Origin: an uncultured Gemmatimonadales bacterium
Lineage (GTDB): Bacteria; Gemmatimonadota; Gemmatimonadetes; Gemmatimonadales; GWC2-71-9
Assembly (NCBI GenBank): GCA_963793205.1
Contig: CAWBZM010000003.1
Coordinates: 218,193-282,192, forward strand
Length of the DNA: 64,000 nucleotides
Direction: 5' to 3'
Positions 30,453-39,356 of the stretch are shown piece by piece. The position numbers were made by a program, and so were the translations under genes. The stretch's first letter is position 1; each line of letters begins with the position of its first letter. The notes beneath the pieces were generated by a model. The model was given only the letters and a program-made list of their open reading frames with translations. It was not told the DNA's origin and searched no databases.

Positions 30453-30567
30453 GTGGGAATCCTTCGTGGACCGCGCCGGCTCGGCCGCGGGCTGGGGTGA
30501 AATGGAACGGCTCCCGCGCCAGCCGAAGTGCCGGTGGGGAGCCTGAAAGAATAGCGCTGACAACGCC

Positions 30568-31251
30568 CTAGGACAAGCGGAGCCGGGGCACCCGTTCCCG
30601 CGCCAGGCGGACGATTTCGGCGACCTGGGCCTCAAAACTGAGCCCGGTGCCGTCCAGCGGGAGGGCATCGTCCGCGATCCGGAGGGGGGCCACGGCACGG
30701 CGGGAGTCGGCCTCATCCCGGAGGGCCAGCGCCGCCGCCTCCCGGTCCAGTACGGCCGGAGTCTCCCCCTCCCCCCGCTGAGCCAGCCGGCGTGACGCCC
30801 GGGTCCTGGGCGATGCAGTTAGAAACACCTTCAGGTCCGCCGCCGGGAAGACCACGGTCCCGATGTCCCGCCCATCCACCACCAGAGAATGGCCCGCCTC
30901 CGCCATGCCCCGGAGGCGCTGGTTCACCCAGTCCCTGACTGGCGGGAGGGCCGAAACGGCCGAGACCCGGGCGGTGACTTCGGGGGCGCGAATCTCCTGC
31001 TCCACCGGGGCGCCGTTGAGCCACACCGTGAAGCGGGTACCGTCGTGGTGCAGCGTCAGCCGATGGCTGTCGAGGGCGGGCAGCAGTGCGAGGGGATCGT
31101 CTGTCCCGGTCCGCAATGCCACGAGGGTGGCGCCGCGATACAGCGCCCCGGAGTCCAGATGGGTGAATCCCAGCGCGTCCGCCACCGCCTGGGCGGTGGA
31201 GGACTTGCCGCTTGCGGCCGGCCCGTCGATGGCGATGACATGTCCCGACAC
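30568..31251 (-). CDS. cmk: cytidylate kinase
   Basis: IAIDGPAASGKSS P-loop. GTG start. Confidence 0.9.
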   Translation of the reverse strand: MSGHVIAIDGPAASGKSSTAQAVADALGFTHLDSGALYRGATLVALRTGTDDPLALLPALDSHRLTLHHDGTRFTVWLNGAPVEQEIRAPEVTARVSAVSALPPVRDWVNQRLRGMAEAGHSLVVDGRDIGTVVFPAADLKVFLTASPRTRASRRLAQRGEGETPAVLDREAAALALRDEADSRRAVAPLRIADDALPLDGTGLSFEAQVAEIVRLARERVPRLRLS

Positions 31252-31253
31252 GA

Positions 31254-32555
31254 CTACCGGACCCGCAGCGATTTGAGGAGGTGGGGGAAGCCGGGGAAGC
31301 TCACCGCCGCGCAGGCCAGATTGTCGATCGAGACTTTCGCCCCTGGCACCGTCCCGAGGACGCTGAACGCCATCGCGATCCGGTGATCGTCCTCGGTGAT
31401 CACCCGGCCTCGCGGAGGCGCCGTGGTGCCGGTGACATGGAGGTCATCCCCTCGAATCTCGGCCCGGCCGCCGAGCGTCTGGATATTGGCCGCAATCAGG
31501 GCGAGTCGATCGCTCTCCTTGACCCGCAGCTCGCCGACATCACGAAAAATCGTCGTGCCGGCGGCGCGGGTGGCGAGTGCGGCCAGCATCGGGATCTCGT
31601 CGATCAGCGCCGGGATCTCCGACGCGCGGACCTCGGTGGCAACGAGGGAGGCAGGCCGCGCCAGCAGATCGGCCACCGGTTCGTCGAACTGCACCGTTTC
31701 GTTCTCCAGCTCCACTGTCGCCCCCATCCGCCGCAAGACCGCGAGATACCCCACACGCGTCGGGTTGACGCAGACTCCGGTGATCTGAAGGCTCCCGCCC
31801 TCCGCGAGGACCGCGGCAGCGACCGGAAAGGCTGAGGAGGAGGGATCCCCCGGAATCTGCATGTCGAACGGTTCTACCCGGCCGGTCGGAGCGAAGTGAA
31901 TCCAGCCATCGCGCTCCTCCACCGTGAAGCCGAACGCGCGCAGCAGCCGCTCCGTATGATCGCGCGACTGCCCATGTGGTTCGCGCAGCGAGACTTCCAC
32001 CTTTCCCGCCATACCGGCGAGGAGGAGCGCGCTCTTGATCTGGGCGCTGGAGACGGGCAACTCATGGGTGAGCGCGCGGAGGGCACCACCGCGGATGGTG
32101 AGTGGCAGCGTCCCGCGGTCGTTTTCCTCCGTGACCCGGGCTCCCATCGCCTGCAGGGGGACGGTCACCCGTCGCATCGGGCGACGGCGGAGCGAGCGAT
32201 CACCAGTCAGGGTGGTCGCGAAGGAATGGGCGGCCAGCAACCCGAGCAGCAGTCGGGTCGTTGTCCCACTGTTGCCGCAATTGAGGGTCTCCGCCGGCCG
32301 CCGCAGACGACCGCGACCCCGTACGGTGACCACCCGTTCGGCCGTCAGGGGGGAAATCTCCACGCCCATCTGTCGCAGCACCCGGGCAGACGACCGGGCA
32401 TCGAGGGAGGTCAGCATGCCGCCGATGTGGCTGGTGCCGCGCGCCATAGCGGCGAACAGGAGGGCGCGATGCGACAGGCTCTTGTCGCCGGGAACGCGGA
32501 TGGTACCACCGACCTGCATAACGCCTCCGGGAGCACCTGCTCCCTCATCCGGCAC
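31254..32555 (-). CDS. aroA: 3-phosphoshikimate 1-carboxyvinyltransferase (EPSP synthase)
   Basis: VPGDKSLSHRALL motif. Start is either GTG at 32555 or ATG at 32519. Confidence 0.9.
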   Translation of the reverse strand: MPDEGAGAPGGVMQVGGTIRVPGDKSLSHRALLFAAMARGTSHIGGMLTSLDARSSARVLRQMGVEISPLTAERVVTVRGRGRLRRPAETLNCGNSGTTTRLLLGLLAAHSFATTLTGDRSLRRRPMRRVTVPLQAMGARVTEENDRGTLPLTIRGGALRALTHELPVSSAQIKSALLLAGMAGKVEVSLREPHGQSRDHTERLLRAFGFTVEERDGWIHFAPTGRVEPFDMQIPGDPSSSAFPVAAAVLAEGGSLQITGVCVNPTRVGYLAVLRRMGATVELENETVQFDEPVADLLARPASLVATEVRASEIPALIDEIPMLAALATRAAGTTIFRDVGELRVKESDRLALIAANIQTLGGRAEIRGDDLHVTGTTAPPRGRVITEDDHRIAMAFSVLGTVPGAKVSIDNLACAAVSFPGFPHLLKSLRVR

Positions 32556-32612
32556 GAGGATCGCTGACGTAGTAATTGAGACGGCGAAGACTATCGGACC
32601 CTGCGGGGTTCC

Positions 32613-33467
32613 TCAACCAGTGGTGTCCCACTGCCGGCGAAATTCGGCCGCCTGCTCCAGAAAGTGCTGCAGTCCGGCGCGATCACCCGCCGCGATCAGA
32701 CGCTGCAGCATTGCGAGCTGCTCGCTGGTCCGGCCGAGGGCCTCGAGGACCGGGGGCGCGTTGAGGAGGAGGATCTCGACCCAGAGGTCGGTGGGACTGG
32801 CGGCGAGGCGGGTGGTATCGCGCGCGCCGGTGCCGAAGGAGGCACCGCGCAGGGTGGCCTCAGTGCTGAGCGTGTGCGCGAGCAGGGTCGACAGCGCCTG
32901 TGGCAGATGGCTGGTCCAGGCGAGTTGCCGGTCGTGTTCGGCGGCGTCGATGCGGACCGGATGCGCATCGTAGACACCGCGCCAGAAGTCGAGGACCTCT
33001 CGCGCCGCGGTTTCCCCCTCGTCGCCGGTCGCGCAGACGTAGACGATGGCGTGCGTCAGCCGGTCCGGGCGGGCGCCATTCCATCCTGCGACGTGGGTGC
33101 CGGCAAAGGGATGGCTGCCGGCGAAACGGGCGCCGAGGCCCACCGCAGTCGCGCGCGCGATGATGGGCGCCTTGATGCTCGCGACATCCGTCATGAGCGC
33201 GCCATCGGCGAGGCGAGGTCCGAGTTCGCCGAGCAGATCCAGCACCGCTGCGGGGGGGGCTGCCAGGACCACCAGGTCGGCGTTGCGAATCGCCTTGACG
33301 GCGGAGTCGGCAATGTCGTCCACTGCGTCCGCCTTCAGGGCCTGTACCCGGTCGGTGCGATCCGGAGCATAGCCCACGACCCGACGGACACCTGCCTTCC
33401 GTGCCTGCCAGGCGACACTGCCCCCGATGGCCCCGAGGCCAATGACAGCGAGGGACTCTGGGCGCAT
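32613..33467 (-). CDS. tyrA: prephenate dehydrogenase
   Basis: LAVIGLGAIGGS Rossmann N-terminus from the ATG at 33467, and SHPFAG motif. Confidence 0.85.
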   Translation of the reverse strand: MRPESLAVIGLGAIGGSVAWQARKAGVRRVVGYAPDRTDRVQALKADAVDDIADSAVKAIRNADLVVLAAPPAAVLDLLGELGPRLADGALMTDVASIKAPIIARATAVGLGARFAGSHPFAGTHVAGWNGARPDRLTHAIVYVCATGDEGETAAREVLDFWRGVYDAHPVRIDAAEHDRQLAWTSHLPQALSTLLAHTLSTEATLRGASFGTGARDTTRLAASPTDLWVEILLLNAPPVLEALGRTSEQLAMLQRLIAAGDRAGLQHFLEQAAEFRRQWDTTG

Positions 33468-33500
33468 GGTGTGGACGGGGTGAGGGATGGCCGGGAACGG

Positions 33501-33529
33501 TTGCGAAGTTGTTCGCCGAATTGTAGTTA
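33501..33529 (+). promoter_or_regulatory. putative sigma70-type promoter of the receiver/pilin-like operon
   Basis: TTGCGA (33501-33506), 17 nt spacer, TAGTTA (33524-33529). Confidence 0.4.
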
Positions 33530-33561
33530 TCGGCTGGTCCCCTGTCAGCCCTGCCGGGTTA

Positions 33562-33586
33562 TTGCGCGGCCCGTTTGCGCGGCCCG
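33562..33586 (+). promoter_or_regulatory. tandem 12 nt direct repeat TTGCGCGGCCCG x2 (13 nt period) in the 5' leader
   Basis: 33562-33573 and 33575-33586 are identical. They lie 18 nt upstream of the receiver gene ATG. Confidence 0.4.
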
Positions 33587-33603
33587 GACACTCAAGGATA
33601 CTC

Positions 33604-33981
33604 ATGGCCACTATTCTGATCGTCGAAGACAGCCCGGACAACATGAAGCTGTTTCGGACTCTTCTCACACTGCGCAAGCACGAGGTGGTCGGCCTGACGA
33701 GTGGGGAGGGACTGCTGGCCACCATCGAGCAATCCCAACCGGGCCTGGTCCTGATGGACATCCAGCTGCCTGGCAAGGATGGATTTGCGCTGCTGGAGGA
33801 GATCCGGCAATCGCCCCACCGGGCGTTGCGGGTCGTCGCCCTGACGGCGCATGCCATGGCGGGCGATGAGGCGAGGGCTCTCGCGGCAGGATTTGACGGC
33901 TATATTACCAAACCGATCGATATCCGGAATTTCCCTGAGCAGGTGACCCGCGCGCTTGAAGGGGAACGCGTGACCAACTGA
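33604..33981 (+). CDS. single-domain response regulator (CheY/DivK-like receiver)
   Basis: ILIVEDSPDN, LVLMDIQLPGKDG, TAHAMAGD, ITKP motifs. ATG at 33604. Confidence 0.88.
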   Translation: MATILIVEDSPDNMKLFRTLLTLRKHEVVGLTSGEGLLATIEQSQPGLVLMDIQLPGKDGFALLEEIRQSPHRALRVVALTAHAMAGDEARALAAGFDGYITKPIDIRNFPEQVTRALEGERVTN

Positions 33982-34475
33982 TGGCGGCGCCCAGAAAATC
34001 CTCGTCGAAGTCCAGCGGCCGGCCTGACCCCCGTCAGGCTCTGCTCGAGGCATACCAGGATGTGGTCCGCACCGCCGGCCAGAAGCCGACGCCGGCGCCA
34101 CCGGATCCTCCGTCGCGGCTGCCGTTCTGGATCGGTTCGCTCACCCTGATCGTGGCGCTGTCATTGATCGGCATCTGGCAGCCCAGCTGGCTGTTCACGC
34201 CCCAGGCCAAGGAGTCGCCGGCCCTGGTCGAGGCGAGCCTCCGGGTCCGGATTTACAGCGAAATCCAGCGGATCGAGCGATTCCAGGCGGTGAATCATCA
34301 TCTCCCTGCGACGCTGGCCGAGGCACTGGGCGACAGCACGGGGGTGGTCTACCAGCCCACCGGTGAGCAGTACACCCTGACGGGGCGCAACGGCGCGCTC
34401 ACCATTGTCTACAAGTCCGAGACGCCGGCGAAGCAGTTCGTCGGCAACAGCTACGCCATCATCCGTGCCCGCTGA
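33981..34475 (+). CDS. single-pass membrane hypothetical protein
   Basis: Its start overlaps the receiver stop (TGATG). One TM helix (FWIGSLTLIVALSLIGIW). No recognised domain. Confidence 0.6.
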   Translation: MAAPRKSSSKSSGRPDPRQALLEAYQDVVRTAGQKPTPAPPDPPSRLPFWIGSLTLIVALSLIGIWQPSWLFTPQAKESPALVEASLRVRIYSEIQRIERFQAVNHHLPATLAEALGDSTGVVYQPTGEQYTLTGRNGALTIVYKSETPAKQFVGNSYAIIRAR

Positions 34476-34481
34476 GGCCTC

Positions 34482-34946
34482 ATGAGCTCCCTGCGCAGTA
34501 CCCGTGGCTGGACGCTGATCGAGCTGATCGTCGTGATGCTGATCCTCGGTCTGCTCGCGAATATCGCCGTCCTCAAATATCACGATATGACGCGGTCGGC
34601 GTACAGCGCCAAGATCGCGAGTGAGTTCGTCGTGGTCCGGCTGGCGGCCTACAACTACGAGGCCGACCACTCCAACAGCTGGCCGGCCGATGTGGGGCCC
34701 GGCATCGTGCCACCGGAAATGGTGAACTACCTGCCGCGGGGGTTCAGCTTCATCAACCCGACGTACACCCTGGACTGGGACAACAACAGCCCGGGCCTCA
34801 CGCCGTACCAGCTGGCGATCTCGATGACCACCGACGACGACCGGCTCATCCGGGTGCTGGAGAACAGCCTGGGGCACAATGCGCCGTACTACTTCGCGGG
34901 GAATCGGCTGACGTTCGTGCTGATCGACGAGTTCGGGAATTACTGA
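34482..34946 (+). CDS. prepilin-type N-terminal cleavage/methylation domain protein (pilin/pseudopilin-like)
   Basis: N-terminus RGWTLIELIVVMLILGLLANIAV is the class III signal plus hydrophobic helix. Confidence 0.8.
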   Translation: MSSLRSTRGWTLIELIVVMLILGLLANIAVLKYHDMTRSAYSAKIASEFVVVRLAAYNYEADHSNSWPADVGPGIVPPEMVNYLPRGFSFINPTYTLDWDNNSPGLTPYQLAISMTTDDDRLIRVLENSLGHNAPYYFAGNRLTFVLIDEFGNY

Positions 34947-34958
34947 GGACTGCAGTCC

Positions 34959-35768
34959 TCACCCTTCCTTTTGCCATTCCCGCGCCTTCCGCAGCATCTC
35001 GGGGTCGACTCGCGGAAACTTCGGGGCCATGCGCTCCAGCGTCTTCACGATTACCTCGGCCACGAGGAGGTTGCGGGTCGACTTGCGGTCGGCCGGCACC
35101 ACGTACCAGGGGGCCCACGGGGTACTGCAGCGGGCCAGCACGTCGCGATAGGCGTCGGTGTAGTTGTCCCACCGCTTGCGCTCCTCCAGATCCCCGACCT
35201 GGAACTTCCAGTTCTTCAGCGGATCGTCGATGCGCGCGAGCAGCCGCTGTTTCTGTTCATCGCGTGAGATGTGCAGCATGAACTTGACGATTGTGACACC
35301 GTTCTCGGTCAGCATCCGCTCGAAGTCATTGATCTGATCAAAGCGTTTGGACCAGACCTTCCTGGGCACCAGGTCGTGGACCCGAACCACCAGCACATCC
35401 TCGTAGTGCGACCGGTTGAAGATGCCGATCGTGCCCTTGGGCGGCACCTGCTGGTGTACCCGCCAGAGATAGTCGCGCGCGAGTTCGTATTCCGACGGCT
35501 TCTTGAAACTGGTGACGGTGCAGCCCTGCACATTCAGCGGGCCGAACACCACCCGGGTGAGGCCATCCTTGCCGGCGGCATCGCGCCCCTGTAACACCAC
35601 GAGGAGCGCCTGCTTCCCCTCGGCGTAGAGGGCGTTCTGCAGCGTGTTCAGCCGGTCGAGCAGCGGCGCCAGTTTTTCCTCGGCGTCGTCGCCGTGGGGC
35701 TCGCTGCGGGTCACGGCATCGCGGTCCTTGAGCTTGACCTTGCTGCCGGGTTTGACGGGTTTAAGCAT
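34959..35768 (-). CDS. polyphosphate kinase 2 family phosphotransferase
   Basis: LLVVLQGRDAAGKDG Walker A, and PPK2 lid region FNRSHYEDVLVVRVH. ATG at 35768. Confidence 0.88.
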   Translation of the reverse strand: MLKPVKPGSKVKLKDRDAVTRSEPHGDDAEEKLAPLLDRLNTLQNALYAEGKQALLVVLQGRDAAGKDGLTRVVFGPLNVQGCTVTSFKKPSEYELARDYLWRVHQQVPPKGTIGIFNRSHYEDVLVVRVHDLVPRKVWSKRFDQINDFERMLTENGVTIVKFMLHISRDEQKQRLLARIDDPLKNWKFQVGDLEERKRWDNYTDAYRDVLARCSTPWAPWYVVPADRKSTRNLLVAEVIVKTLERMAPKFPRVDPEMLRKAREWQKEG

Positions 35769-35968
35769 CGGGCTCGGATGGTAAGGGGAACGCCAAAGCT
35801 GGAGCGCTCCCACCCTTCCCGCAAGCGACGGGCGGGACCGACCCAGGCGAGCGGGCCGGGTCGGCGGCAATCCGGCCGGTGCTTGCCTCGGGCCCCACGC
35901 GGAGTATATTTACCTTTCCGATTTGTTAGCCAATCCGTCAGCTAGATCATTATTATTGTGAGGCAGAG

Positions 35969-36340
35969 ATGCCCCCGCTCGCCCGCCTCCTCCGGCTCCT
36001 GCTCCCGGTGGCCCTTCTGGTGCCCTCCACCGGCTGCGTTCGCTGGCAGGAGATCCCGGTGACCGTGGCACCCGCCCGGGCAGACACCGTGGACCGAGCC
36101 CGCATCCAGGTGGGCGCCCAACCGCTGGTCCTGGTGGACAACCTAGTCCGCACCACCGACAGCCTCACGGGACTCCTGCCGAATTCGAGTCCGCCCGGCC
36201 ATCCGCCCCAGCGATTTGCCGTTGCCAGTGGCAGTGTGACGCACGTCTATGAGCGGCAACCCAGCCTCACCCGGACGATTGCCGCGGTCGCCTTTCCCGT
36301 GATCGCCGCTGCAGGCGCCCTCTTCCTCCTCGGATTGTGA
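35969..36340 (+). CDS. hypothetical lipoprotein with C-terminal TM segment
   Basis: Lipobox LLVPSTGC. C-terminal hydrophobic AAVAFPVIAAAGALFLLGL. Confidence 0.55.
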   Translation: MPPLARLLRLLLPVALLVPSTGCVRWQEIPVTVAPARADTVDRARIQVGAQPLVLVDNLVRTTDSLTGLLPNSSPPGHPPQRFAVASGSVTHVYERQPSLTRTIAAVAFPVIAAAGALFLLGL

Positions 36341-36341
36341 G

Positions 36342-37388
36342 ATGCGAATGCCACGCTCATTCGCGGTGCTCCTCCTCCTGGCGATGGGATGCAGTGATGC
36401 GATCGCCGGCTACGACCTTGCCGATCTCGACCAGATAGCGGCAGGTACTGGACCATTCGTGCGCCACGACGACTGCCGGGGGCGTGACCTGCTGGGGTTC
36501 CAATAGCGAACAGCAACTGGGCAGTCCTGGTGGCTCCGCCGATCGCCCTGTCAGGGTTGGCTTGCGCCCGCTGCGTATCCACCAGTCGCGGCCGGCAGTT
36601 TGGCGACCTGCGCACTCGTCCCGTCGGGACAGAGCCTGTGCTGGGGACGCGAGTCGGCACCGCGGGAGCCCGGTGGAGTTCCGGCGTTTCGGGTGATCAG
36701 CGTCGGGGAGGAGGGGTGCGGGCTGACGGAGGGGGGCGAGGCCTGGTGCTGGCCGCTCCCGGGTGGCCAGGGCGTCCGGATAGACGGGGGACCGTACCTG
36801 CGGCTCGCCAGCGGAGATGAGCAGAATTGCGCGCTGCAGGCCGACAGCACCGCCACCTGCTGGGCAGTGGGCAGCACGAGCCCGACCGCGGTGCCCGGCT
36901 CCCACCATTTCTCCCATCTGGCCCTTGGTCACCAGCATGCCTGCGCACTGGAGCCACCCGGAACGATCTGGTGCTGGGGAAGCAATGGTCGTGGACAATT
37001 GGGTGATGGCACCACCGCCCCCAAGACCATTCCGGTCACGGCAGTCCTGAGCGGTCTCCCGTCCAACCCGACCTTCAGCGCCATCACGGCCGGTGGTGAT
37101 CATTCATGCGCGCTTCTCACCACGGGCAATGCGTACTGCTGGGGGCGAGACGACTACGGCGAGGTGGGCACTGGCGAGGACACCCCAAGTCCCGGCAACT
37201 ACTGGACCCTTCCGATCGCGGTGGTGGGTAGGCATCAGTGGCGCGCACTTTCCGCGGGTGGCGCGCATACCTGCGGTGTGACGACGTCGGGTCAGCCGTT
37301 TTGCTGGGGGCTCAATGCCACCGGCCAGCTCGGTACCGGGAGTGTGGAGCCGGCATCAACACCAATGGAGGTCGTGTGGAAACCCTGA
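36342..37388 (+). pseudogene. RCC1-repeat lipoprotein, two compensating frameshifts as sequenced
   Basis: Lipobox LLLAMGC at the N-terminus. Repeated CWG-x-N/D-x-x-GQLG motifs. Reading frame goes 0, then +1 at about 36450, then back to 0 at about 36560. The repeat HSCATTTAGGVTCWGSNSEQQLG is only in the shifted frame. Confidence 0.75.
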
Positions 37389-38008
37389 GGCGACTCCTGC
37401 TGCGCCCCGCAGCGGTGGGCATGCTCCTGCTTCCGCTTGTCGTCAGCAGGATGCCTGCTCAATCGGACCCCTCGCCACCCAGGGGAGCATGGGTCGCAGG
37501 CGGGTTCGGAGCCGGTTCGGCGAAATTGACGTGTGACGACTGCATCCGCGGCGACCCGCAGGCCGGCCCCATCGGGATGCTGGGGCTGGGCTATGCTTTC
37601 TCGCACCGGGCGCAGGTGGCCCTGGAAATCAGCGGATGGACCCGGCCACTTACCGGAAGCAGGACCAGCGTTGGATATGCCGACGCGGTGGTCTATCTCT
37701 ACCCGCTGTCGCACACCCCCTTCTCGCTCGGCGTGGGCGTCGGATTCGCGCGATATGCCACCCGGTTGTCACGCGGCGGGGAGAAGGCCCAGAATAGGCT
37801 GCAGGGGGCCGGCGGGAAACTTGTTGCACGCTACGACCTGCCCCTGGGCGCCGGCATCTTTCTCTCCCCGGGTGTCGCCTATCACCGTTCTTTCGGCGGC
37901 AGCCTGCAGTTCGATGGGGAGAAGAGCAGCCTGACCGCGCGGAGTTCGTTGATTGAGCTTGGCGCGGTGCTCCGTTGGCACTGGGCGACGCCGATCACAG
38001 GGCGATAG
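37376..38008 (+). CDS. hypothetical secreted protein, possibly a small outer-membrane beta-barrel
   Basis: GTG at 37376, signal-like LLLRPAAVGMLLLPLVVSRMPAQS, alternating Gly/aromatic-rich strands. Function unknown. Confidence 0.5.
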   Translation: METLRRLLLRPAAVGMLLLPLVVSRMPAQSDPSPPRGAWVAGGFGAGSAKLTCDDCIRGDPQAGPIGMLGLGYAFSHRAQVALEISGWTRPLTGSRTSVGYADAVVYLYPLSHTPFSLGVGVGFARYATRLSRGGEKAQNRLQGAGGKLVARYDLPLGAGIFLSPGVAYHRSFGGSLQFDGEKSSLTARSSLIELGAVLRWHWATPITGR

Positions 38009-38059
38009 GAGCGGACCGGCTTCCCGCCCGCCAACGGCGCTTGATGCATCCTCTCTGAG

Positions 38060-38145
38060 TGCCCGGGGTGGGGATCGAACCCACATGGGGATTGCTCCCC
38101 TTGGGATTTTAAGTCCCATGCGTCTGCCAGTTTCGCCACCCGGGC
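38060..38145 (-). tRNA. tRNA-Leu, anticodon UAA
   Basis: Minus strand reads GCCCGGG...CUUAAAA...long variable arm GGGGAGCAAUCCCC...GUGGGUUCGAUCCCCAC CCCGGGC A. 7 bp acceptor stem, T-loop UUCGAUC, class II variable arm. Confidence 0.9.
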
Positions 38146-38190
38146 CGGTGTCGCTCTAACCTACACGGCGATCGCCCCGGCGGAACTGCA

Positions 38191-39333
38191 CTACCGTTCG
38201 CTGCGGGCACCGCCCTCCGCACCCGTCGACCAGACCGCGGGAAGCCGGTCGTACTGCTTCCGGAAATCCTCCTGGGTTTCGGCCAGGATCCGGGCCTCGC
38301 GATCCGGCGGGAGCAACCCGATCACCGCCCCGCCCCACCCCGCACCGGTCAGGCGCGCACCGAGCGCCCCATGGCGCATGAGGCTGGCGACCAGGGTATC
38401 GGCCTCCGCGACACCCGCCTGATAATCGTCCCGCAGGGAGTTGTGGCTCTCCACCATCAGGGCGCCGAACCGGGCATAGTCCTTCGCGGCCAGTGCTGCG
38501 AGGCCAGCGCGGGTCCGGTGTGTCTCGCTCACCACATGGCGCAGACGGGCATTCCACGGCGGCGGCAGGGTACGCGTGAGCCGCGGCAGCTCCGCCTCCG
38601 GGATCTCGGCCAGCGCGGTCACCTCGAGTCCAGCCTCGCGCACCTGCACCAGCGCCTGCTCGCACTCCCGGCGCCGCTGGTTGTAGTGCCCCTCGGTCAG
38701 CTGATGCGTCACCCCGGTCTCGAACACCCAGATCCGTTCGGTGAACGGAACATGGGTCACGGCGCGGGTCGCGCTCTCGAACAGCATCGCCGACCCGCTG
38801 CGGGCCTGGGCCGACACCGTCTGATCCATCCGGCCGCACTGGACGCCGACTTCATCATGCTCCGCCTGCCAGGCGATGTCGGCGAGGTCCTCGGCGCTGG
38901 TCCGGATCCCGCCCAGACCGGTGAGGGCCCGGGCGATCGAGACACTGAGTGCCGCCGACGACGAGAGACCGGCCCCCACCGGCACGTCACTGATGACCGC
39001 GAGCCGGGCGCCGCGCATCCCCATCCCCCCGCGCTTGAGCACCTGGATGACGCCACCCACGAAGGCGGTCCAATGCCCCGCTACGGGCTTCTCGGGATCG
39101 ACGGTCACGACCTGGCCGTCGAGTGCCGAGACCACTTCCCACTTGTCGGCGTAGCCTGCGGCAATCAGCGTGCGGCGTTCGACCGCCATCGGGAAGCAGG
39201 GGCCACCGTTGTAATCGGTATGTTCCCCCAGCAGGTTGACCCGGCCCGGGGCAGAGACGAGAACGATCGGGCGACTACCAAACCGTTCCTGAAAGAGCGA
39301 AGTTGCCTGCCGGGCTGGCGCTGCGTGTGTCAC
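38191..39333 (-). CDS. galK: galactokinase
   Basis: APGRVNLLGEHTDYNGG and GAGLSSSAA GHMP kinase motifs. GTG start. Confidence 0.9.
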   Translation of the reverse strand: MTHAAPARQATSLFQERFGSRPIVLVSAPGRVNLLGEHTDYNGGPCFPMAVERRTLIAAGYADKWEVVSALDGQVVTVDPEKPVAGHWTAFVGGVIQVLKRGGMGMRGARLAVISDVPVGAGLSSSAALSVSIARALTGLGGIRTSAEDLADIAWQAEHDEVGVQCGRMDQTVSAQARSGSAMLFESATRAVTHVPFTERIWVFETGVTHQLTEGHYNQRRRECEQALVQVREAGLEVTALAEIPEAELPRLTRTLPPPWNARLRHVVSETHRTRAGLAALAAKDYARFGALMVESHNSLRDDYQAGVAEADTLVASLMRHGALGARLTGAGWGGAVIGLLPPDREARILAETQEDFRKQYDRLPAVWSTGAEGGARSER

Positions 39334-39356
39334 AGACGGTTACTCCTGGAGGTTTC

